Assembly (NCBI GenBank): GCA_964465735.1
Contig: CAYXKT010000001.1
Coordinates: forward strand, 10,721-74,720
DNA from: an uncultured bacterium
GTDB lineage: Bacteria; Auribacterota; Erginobacteria; Erginobacterales; Erginobacteraceae
Length of the DNA stretch: 64,000 nt
Direction of reading: 5' to 3'
This document shows, piece after piece, positions 57,445 through 64,000 of this stretch. Every line of letters starts with the position of its first letter. Positions within the stretch are counted from its first letter, which is position 1. The notes beneath the pieces are model-generated. The model was not told the DNA's origin and did no database searches. It saw nothing but the letters and a program-made list of their open reading frames with translations. The translations under genes were made by a program, and so were the position numbers.

Positions 57445-59193
57445 TCAGTCGAGACTGTAGATCTGGATCTCGGGTCCGCGAGAGGAGAGGGGGCGGGGGT
57501 GGAAGGAGGCCAGCAGGGGGAGTTCCTCCTCTACCCTCTGGTAAAAACGGTGATGTTCCGGATAAATTTCCGCGCCCCGTAGCGAAAAGAAGATTGTTCG
57601 CACCTCATCGCTGATAATCAGGTATTCCACACCTTTCTCCCGCAGTTGCTCCAGAGAGTAACCGTCGGGAATTACCTGTGTTCCGTCCATCCCCCCGATC
57701 CGGGTGATCCGGTAATTAGTCTCCGGGACCGCCGCCAGGCGCATCCGGTGGACTTCGGCCATCTGCTCCGAGGTATGGTGGATGGTTCCGGTTTCCCCGG
57801 TCTCGTAAGCCCGGATCTTTTCCCGGATGTCGTCCGGCGTCTCCCAGAGCTGGACGGTAGCCTCGGTATCCCACTCCATCGCGATCGCGGTTCCCGGCGG
57901 GATATTGGTTTCGATCCATTTTCGGGCTTGCGTTCGGGTATCGGGGCTGGTCAGCCGGCGGTTTCCCAGGGTGGAGTTGGCCAGGGAGAGGATCAGAACC
58001 AGGGCGATAAAACCGTTCACTACCCCGATCGCCAGGCAGTAAAGGCCTTCCCGGGTGATCTTCTCCCGGAGGATTTTCCCGGCTTCGACCGCCGCCCGAG
58101 CGCCCAGGAGGGCGAAGAAGGGGATAAAGGGGAGAGAATAGCGGTAGGAACCGAAACTCCAGTTGCCCACCATCAGATAAATTATCAGGGGGTAGAGGAG
58201 CAGGAGCAGATCTTCCCGCTTCCGTTTCAGCGCCGCCCAGATCAAGCCGCCGGCAAAGACGAAGCCGAGCGGATCCAGACGGTTAAGAATGGTGAACGTG
58301 TGATAAAACATCAGGCGCGGGTAGATCAGCCAGGCGGTGCCTGTCCTGGTTCCGAATGTCCCTTCCGCTCCCAGGTGCGAACGAAATTCCAGGGATTCAT
58401 AGAAGTTTTGAAAGTCGAGAAAGTTATATGGGGAAGCGATAAAGAAGAAGAGGGCCAGGAAAAATCCCGAGACGACAACCGGCCAGAATAATCGGGAGAA
58501 GGTGAGTTTTTCACCTCTCGAGGTCAGGTAAAATATATGGGCCAGAATGATGGGGAGGATGAGGATCCCCGGAGAGTACTTGGTCGCCGTACCCAGGCCG
58601 GTCAGGATTCCGGCCCAGATGTAGTTTTTCAACTTTCCGGTCCGCAGGATCCGGATGATGAAGATATAGGCGGCGAGGATGAACATCGTCTGGAGAATAT
58701 CGGTGACGATAAAATGGGAGAGGAAGACGAAGTAGGGGAGGGTGGCCAAGAACGCGGCGGCGAGCAGACCGATCTTTTGACTGCGAAAAGTTTCTCGGCC
58801 CAGCTTGTAGAGGAGGGCGACGGTGGCTGTCCCGATCAGGGCGTTGGCGATCCGGCCGATCAGGTAGAAGCTCGAGGGGTCGGAAAAGAAGAGGAGCTGG
58901 AATTCGGTCGCCGAGGCGAACAATCCCACCAGCTGACCGGCGATAAAATAGAGAATATAGAGGGCGAAGAGAAGATACATACTCAGGGCGGGATAGTTGA
59001 AGTAGTGGGGATTGAGATCGCCGAGGCCGAAGGCGAGAGCGTTGTTGACGATCCTTCCCTCGTCGGGGTAGTAGCGGTTGGGCAGACCGTAGGAGACGCC
59101 CCAGAGGTTGAGCAGAAGTGAGAGGATGATCAGCCCGGCCAGCAGGAGGCCGGCGGATCGGTTATTTTTTAATTTCATAAGAATCCCAGCCAA
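57445..59193 (-). CDS. ArnT/PMT-like GT-C-fold membrane glycosyltransferase (GT39/83-like)
   Basis: 582 aa, polytopic. N-terminal loop YGLPNRYYPDEG with R/K-rich motifs. Confidence 0.6.
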   Translation of the reverse strand: MAGILMKLKNNRSAGLLLAGLIILSLLLNLWGVSYGLPNRYYPDEGRIVNNALAFGLGDLNPHYFNYPALSMYLLFALYILYFIAGQLVGLFASATEFQLLFFSDPSSFYLIGRIANALIGTATVALLYKLGRETFRSQKIGLLAAAFLATLPYFVFLSHFIVTDILQTMFILAAYIFIIRILRTGKLKNYIWAGILTGLGTATKYSPGILILPIILAHIFYLTSRGEKLTFSRLFWPVVVSGFFLALFFFIASPYNFLDFQNFYESLEFRSHLGAEGTFGTRTGTAWLIYPRLMFYHTFTILNRLDPLGFVFAGGLIWAALKRKREDLLLLLYPLIIYLMVGNWSFGSYRYSLPFIPFFALLGARAAVEAGKILREKITREGLYCLAIGVVNGFIALVLILSLANSTLGNRRLTSPDTRTQARKWIETNIPPGTAIAMEWDTEATVQLWETPDDIREKIRAYETGETGTIHHTSEQMAEVHRMRLAAVPETNYRITRIGGMDGTQVIPDGYSLEQLREKGVEYLIISDEVRTIFFSLRGAEIYPEHHRFYQRVEEELPLLASFHPRPLSSRGPEIQIYSLD

Positions 59194-60205
59194 TCGGCGG
59201 TAGTGAACCGGGTCTGGAGAAATATTTCTTCCAGGTCGTGGTTGCCCGGTTGGGGATAGATCAGCAGTTCGACCGGGCGGGGGTTGAGCCGGTGCGGAAG
59301 CGGCACTCCCCAGGCCGGACTGAGCAGTCCCCCGCCGATCTTATTGTTGGAGTAAAGCAGCCCGCAGCCCCGTTGCCGGCCGAGTTTCGTGAGTAATCCG
59401 GCCAGCCACGGCGGGTTATTTTTGCCGGTTTCGGGGAGCAGTTCAAGAAAAATCGAGTATTTCCTCTGCCGGAAACGGTGACAGGTGACCACCGCGATCA
59501 GGGGCGCTCCTGACGGGAGAGGTTCGATGGCCAGCAATCGGAAACGGTCTTCTCCGGCAGGTTGGAAGTAGCGCCACTTCAGATAAGCTTGATCACGGAT
59601 CAGGTGGGGGAATGGGGTCTCTTGGCTGGAGATGAGTTCATAAGCCTCGTCGAGACCGATGTCCCGGCAGCGGGCGACCGCCTGTTGAAATCTGCGGTAC
59701 GTTTTATCTTCCGGGTCCAGGCGGTAGGCCAGGGCCGACGGTGAGGGGAAATAGAAGCGGGTGGGGAGGACCCGCCCCCGGCGGTAACCGTTGTGGAGAA
59801 AGGCATCACAGGAGCGGAGATTGGGGAAGGTGTAGATGATGCTTGGGGAGGGGAAGTCCAGTTCCCGGGTCAAAGTTTCGACCAGGCGGGTCATTATTCC
59901 CTGCCGCCGGTACCGCGGGGAGATTAGGGCGTCGCTGAGCTGGTAAGCGGTGACCAGTGTCTGTTGGTCGAGCTGGACCCGGAAGGGAATGGCTGAGAGG
60001 GTGCCCACCCATTCATCTCCCTTCCGGGCTTTGGCCAGGATGGCCGCGCCGGCGGGGTTGCTCTCGTAGAGGTTGGCCAGAGTAGCCGGAGAGAGCCGGC
60101 TCTGCCCGCCGGCGGCGAAGTGCTCGGCCCAGGCTTTTGTGAAGAGCCGGTAATGGTTTTCCCGGTCATAGCGGGGATAGCTTTTGACTTTGAAGGTGAT
60201 GGTCA
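59175..60205 (-). CDS. GNAT-like acetyltransferase
   Basis: RRQGIMTRLVE motif A. Start taken at MTITFKV. Confidence 0.45.
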
Positions 60206-60661
60206 TTGAGCTTGTCCTATTACTGTCGGGTAATCCGGGAAAGAAACGCATTGGTTTCCGGTAAACTTTCCGCCCAGGGTGTGCGATCGGTTCAGTGTGC
60301 AGGCGCATAGGAGAGGGGAAGCATAAAGGTCGGGGAGCCTGGCGTCCAGCCGGGTCATCTCAGAAGGCCAGATCAGCGGCCAGTGGTGGAGGAGGATGAC
60401 GGCGGGGTGGGGATAATCAGGGATCTTTTCCGGGAAATATGGTATATAGCCATTGTCGCAAGATGTCTTCTTTTCCCGCGTACAGTTCCGTCCTCGGCGG
60501 TGAAACTCCTGCTGACAATGGATCCAGGATTTGACACTGATGGTGTGGATGGTCTTCATACTTGACCGGGATTTGAGTGGAATGTATGTTCTTTATGTCT
60601 GGTAATGCTTGAATTAACAATAGACTATCAATTCGCAACTGACAACAGGGAATGAACCGAT

Positions 60662-61783
60662 ATGAATGCTCTCAGTTATCTGAAGTATGGCCGTTTGATC
60701 TTTAATAAGCACCGGGCCTCTCCGATTTATCTGGTGTTTTTTATTACCGAGAACTGTAACGCCAACTGCAAGCACTGTCTGTTGGGGGGGATCCATCCGG
60801 GCAAGGACGAGTTGACGATTGATGAGATCGAGAAGGTCTCCCGATCGATGGATGACTTTCTTTTTCTCCTCCCTACCGGGGGTGAGCCGTTTCTGCGCAA
60901 GGACCTTCCGGAGATTGTCCGGATCTTTCATCGGAACAATAATGTCTGTAATGTCGGTATCCCCACCAACGGCGGGCTGACCGACCGGGTGGTGAAGTCG
61001 GTGAGGGATATTCTCGATACCTGCCCGAAACTTGATCTGATGGTCGATGTCTCGGTGGACGGGATTGGGGCGGATCACGACGAGATCCGCCGGACCCCCG
61101 GTCTCTTCGATAAGGCGATGACCACTTTCTCCGAGCTGAAGAAGTTGGAGAAGATCTATCCCAACTTCACCACCGCCATTGAGTCCACGGTCTCTTCCTA
61201 TAACGACGCCAAGCTGGAGGATATGTTCAAGTACTTCACCGAGAATACGGAGGCTGACACTATCTTTACCCTACTCTGCCGGGGGAAACCGATGGAGCCT
61301 TCGGCCAAATTCTTTAATATCGATAACTACGAGAAATATGCCCGGTCGATGGAGAAGGGGATCCAGGAGCGGAAGCTCTCCGGTTATGACCGCTTCCCCT
61401 TTTCTGATGTGATCAATGCCAAGCGGATTGTCCGCCACGAGATTATCGCCCAGATCATCCGGGAGAACCGGATGGTCCTCCCCTGTTTCGGGGGGATTCT
61501 GGGAGGGGCGCTCTTTGCTGACGGGGAGGTGTTGCCCTGCGAGCTTCACGATGATCTCAAGCTGGGGAATGTCAGGGATTTTAACTATGATTTCAAGAAG
61601 ATCTGGTTCAGCGAGAAGGCCGATCACGCCCGGAAAGTGATCCGGGAGACCAAGTGTTTTTGTACGTACGAGTGTTTTCTGACCTTGAATATTCTCTTCA
61701 ATCCCCGGGTCTATCCGCGGCTGCTGAAGGAGTATATGGGGATCAAGTGGGGGAAGGTGAAGCAGAAGATGGGAATGTCCTGA
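60662..61783 (+). CDS. Radical SAM enzyme with a C-terminal SPASM-like Cys cluster
   Basis: CNANCKHC (Cx3Cx2C) at residues 32-39. C-terminal PCFGG...C...C.C.YEC. Confidence 0.65.
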   Translation: MNALSYLKYGRLIFNKHRASPIYLVFFITENCNANCKHCLLGGIHPGKDELTIDEIEKVSRSMDDFLFLLPTGGEPFLRKDLPEIVRIFHRNNNVCNVGIPTNGGLTDRVVKSVRDILDTCPKLDLMVDVSVDGIGADHDEIRRTPGLFDKAMTTFSELKKLEKIYPNFTTAIESTVSSYNDAKLEDMFKYFTENTEADTIFTLLCRGKPMEPSAKFFNIDNYEKYARSMEKGIQERKLSGYDRFPFSDVINAKRIVRHEIIAQIIRENRMVLPCFGGILGGALFADGEVLPCELHDDLKLGNVRDFNYDFKKIWFSEKADHARKVIRETKCFCTYECFLTLNILFNPRVYPRLLKEYMGIKWGKVKQKMGMS

Positions 61784-61840
61784 GGCGACCGCCGCAGATT
61801 GTTTGCCCGGGGTGTTGGACCGGTTTATGGCGACACAACA

Positions 61841-62554
61841 ACTATGATTTTTGGAAAGAAAATATCTCTGGTGATCCCGGCCCATAATGAGGCCGAGGGG
61901 CTGGCGCACTTGCTCCAGGATACCCCGGATTATCTCGACGAGATCGTGATCGTCGATAATAACTGTACCGACGATACCGCCGCGGTCTGCCGGAGTTTTG
62001 GCTGTCGGGTGGTGGTGGAGCCGAAGCAGGGCTATGGGGCGGCCCTGAAGGCGGGTTTCCGGGCGGCGACCGGGGATCTGATTATGACGATGGACGCCGA
62101 CGGGACCTGTCTCTTTGAGGGCTATCGGCGGATGATCAAGCACCTGGTCGATCACGACCTCGATTTTATCACCGCCCGGCGGGTCCCCGACCGTTTCCGG
62201 ACCCTGGTCAGTTTAATGCGGTTTCTCGGGGATATTTTCCTGGATGTTGTCTGCTGGTGCCTCTTCGGGTTCTGGGTCTTCGATTCGCAGTCCGGGATCT
62301 GGGTCTTCCGGCGGGATATTCTCGAGCGGGTGACGCTGGAGAGCGACGACTGGGCTCTCTCCGAAGAGTTCAAGATTGAGGCCTTTACCACCCCGGAAAT
62401 CAAGGCGGCGGAACTACCCGTCCTCTATATCAATGTCCGGCTGGGCGAAAGTAAATTAAGGATGTGGAGGGACGGCTTCGCCAATCTCCACTTTATGTTG
62501 AAAAAATGGCGGAAGAAAAGAAGAACTCGGCCGGCCTCCCCTCGATCTCGGTAA
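61841..62554 (+). CDS. GT2-family glycosyltransferase (short, DPM1-like catalytic domain)
   Basis: ISLVIPAHNEAEGL, IVDNNCTDDT, MDADGT. Confidence 0.7.
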   Translation, partial: TMIFGKKISLVIPAHNEAEGLAHLLQDTPDYLDEIVIVDNNCTDDTAAVCRSFGCRVVVEPKQGYGAALKAGFRAATGDLIMTMDADGTCLFEGYRRMIKHLVDHDLDFITARRVPDRFRTLVSLMRFLGDIFLDVVCWCLFGFWVFDSQSGIWVFRRDILERVTLESDDWALSEEFKIEAFTTPEIKAAELPVLYINVRLGESKLRMWRDGFANLHFMLKKWRKKRRTRPASPRSR

Positions 62555-62673
62555 TCATCCCCGCCCTCAACCCCGGTCCGGAACTGGCGGAGTGCCTGGA
62601 GCCGCTCCGGAAAAGTTCCGACCCCCGGTTCTATCCCCGCCTGTTTGAGGAGTCCCTGGGTATCAATTGAACC
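62506..62673 (+). pseudogene. Duplicated 5' fragment (~55 codons) of the GT2 gene at 63514
   Basis: MAEEKKNSAGLPSISVIIPALNPGPELAECLEPLRKSS compares with MEAEKKNSSGLPFISVIIPAYNPGPELAECLEPLRKSS. ~90% nt identity over ~160 bp. Confidence 0.65.
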
Positions 62674-62803
62674 GAGGGGAGAAAGAAGGTTGGCTTGATC
62701 TGAAACCCGGTGCCGGTGGGCTGCTCTGCCGGCTGGATCGGCAGTCCGGAGAAAACTGAGGCTCTGGTTGACGACATCCCATATAAGAGGTATGGTTTTC
62801 CAT

Positions 62804-63028
62804 ATGAAAACAACGCTTAATATCAGCGATGTGACGATGCGGGAGATCAAGCGTGAAGCTGCCCGCCAGCGGAAGACTATTTCCGAAGTGGTCGATGCCG
62901 CGCTGCGTTCCGTTGTTGAACCAAAGCCGGAAGAGAGAGAGCTGCCGCCGCTGCCGAAGTTCAGTAGCGGCGGACTCCGGGTCAACGTAGCCAACCGCGA
63001 CGCCCTTTACAACGTGATGGAAGGGTAG
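62804..63028 (+). CDS. vapB: VapB-like antitoxin
   Basis: MKTTLNISDVTMREIKREAARQRKTISEVVDAAL. Immediately upstream of the PIN toxin. Confidence 0.6.
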   Translation: MKTTLNISDVTMREIKREAARQRKTISEVVDAALRSVVEPKPEERELPPLPKFSSGGLRVNVANRDALYNVMEG

Positions 63029-63030
63029 CC

Positions 63031-63492
63031 GTGTTTGTTGTAGATACCAATATCCTGATCTATGGGGCTGTCCAGGACTCGCCCGATTACTCGTTGTGCC
63101 GGGCGCTGGTCGAATCCTGGCGGACACGGGACACGCCGTGGTATGTGACCTGGGGCGTTGTCTATGAGTTTCTCCGGGTGGTCACCCATCCTCGTGTCCT
63201 GACTCGACCCTTCTCCGCGACGCAGGCGTGGAGCTTTCTCGATGCCCTGTTTGCGTCCCCCTACCTGCGGATTCTGGTTGAAACGAATCGGCATCGGCAC
63301 GTCGCGGAAGAAGTCTTTGCTGAGGTGCCCGGCATCACGGGCAACCTGGTATTTGACGCGCACACCGCGATTTTGATGAGAGAGAACGGTATCCGGACGA
63401 TCTATACCCGCGATTCCGACTTCAATCGGTTCCCGTTCCTGGAAACAGTTGACCCAGTAACGGAGAATCGCCGAACAATGTCTCCCCAGTAA
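63031..63492 (+). CDS. vapC: VapC PIN-domain toxin
   Basis: FVVDTNILIY, with the conserved acidic residues of the PIN fold. Confidence 0.8.
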   Translation: MFVVDTNILIYGAVQDSPDYSLCRALVESWRTRDTPWYVTWGVVYEFLRVVTHPRVLTRPFSATQAWSFLDALFASPYLRILVETNRHRHVAEEVFAEVPGITGNLVFDAHTAILMRENGIRTIYTRDSDFNRFPFLETVDPVTENRRTMSPQ

Positions 63493-63513
63493 TCCCGCCC
63501 CCTAGCTGAAAAA

Positions 63514-64000
63514 ATGGAGGCAGAAAAGAAAAACTCGTCTGGACTCCCCTTCATCTCGGTAATCATCCCCGCTTACAACCCCGGTCCGGAATTGGCGGAG
63601 TGTCTGGAGCCGCTCCGGAAAAGTTCCTACCCCCGGTTTGAGGTCCTGGTGGTTGATGACGGATCCCCTGTCCCTGTGGAGGTGGAAGAACCCTTCCGGG
63701 TGGTCCGGCTGGCGGAGAACTCCGGCCCGGCCGCGGCCCGTAATGCGGGGGTGGAGGCGGCGGGGGGGGAGATCGTCCTCTTTGTCGATACCGATGTTGT
63801 GGTCGGAGGCGACTGCCTGGAGATCGTCGGGGAGTTCTACCGGGATGGGACGAGGCGGGATCGGGGGCTGACCGGGGTCCAGTCGGAGGGTATGAAGTAC
63901 TCCAACTTCGCCAGCGTTTACAAAAATCTCTGGCTCCGCTATTCCTTCCTCTGGGCGCCGCGGGAGTCGGGGCTTTTCTATACCAGTATCGCAGCGGTTC
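63514..64000 (+). CDS. GT2-family glycosyltransferase (partial; continues beyond the window)
   Basis: ISVIIPAYNPG, VLVVDDGS, FVDTD. Contains a G8 tract at 63762..63769. Confidence 0.7.
   Translation, partial: MEAEKKNSSGLPFISVIIPAYNPGPELAECLEPLRKSSYPRFEVLVVDDGSPVPVEVEEPFRVVRLAENSGPAAARNAGVEAAGGEIVLFVDTDVVVGGDCLEIVGEFYRDGTRRDRGLTGVQSEGMKYSNFASVYKNLWLRYSFLWAPRESGLFYTSIAAV

Overview
This 64-kb window is a mosaic accessory region of about 55% GC, probably from an uncultivated bacterium. It is built around a large surface-glycan (EPS/teichoic-acid-like) biosynthesis locus. That locus encodes several GT2 polyprenol-phosphate glycosyltransferases and five paralogous GT-C (PMT/ArnT/GT39-like) membrane glycosyltransferases. 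It also encodes a TagF-like glycerophosphotransferase with a DUF354 partner, flippase candidates, AsnB, WecB, methyltransferases, acetyltransferases, a polysaccharide deacetylase and a radical-SAM/SPASM enzyme. Embedded in it is a phosphonate pathway: a PEP mutase-nucleotidyltransferase fusion, phosphonopyruvate decarboxylase, an Fe-ADH, a second cytidylyltransferase and an LTA-synthase-like transferase. From about 12.4 to 34.9 kb every gene is on the + strand. The locus is heavily scarred by mobile DNA. (1) A 163-bp MITE with 17-bp terminal inverted repeats and 5-bp target-site duplications occurs four times. One copy sits inside a gene fragment and one between an MNT and a HEPN gene. (2) A 256-bp hairpin-array MITE has 13-bp TIRs and an 8-bp TSD, with a longer related array elsewhere. 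(3) A decayed chromosomal-integron remnant carries an intI pseudogene that retains the IntI-specific extra domain, followed by a HicA/HicB cassette and a candidate attC. (4) Many toxin-antitoxin modules are present: HicAB, VapBC, a BrnTA remnant, a TAC-type HigB/HigA/SecB-like module, DUF4258/DUF2283, MNT/HEPN and a HigBA-like pair. (5) A candidate defence operon encodes an HTH-ImmA/IrrE regulator, a PIN-like protein, a small protein and a stand-alone TIR-domain protein. (6) Truncated 5' fragments of glycan genes are duplicated at several sites. Some flank TA insertions and others form fragment junkyards. Several G/C homopolymer tracts of 8-9 nt lie inside glycan genes (phase-variation candidates). 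A shared ATTCGC direct-repeat array lies upstream of three minus-strand genes. No rRNA, tRNA or CRISPR array was recognised.
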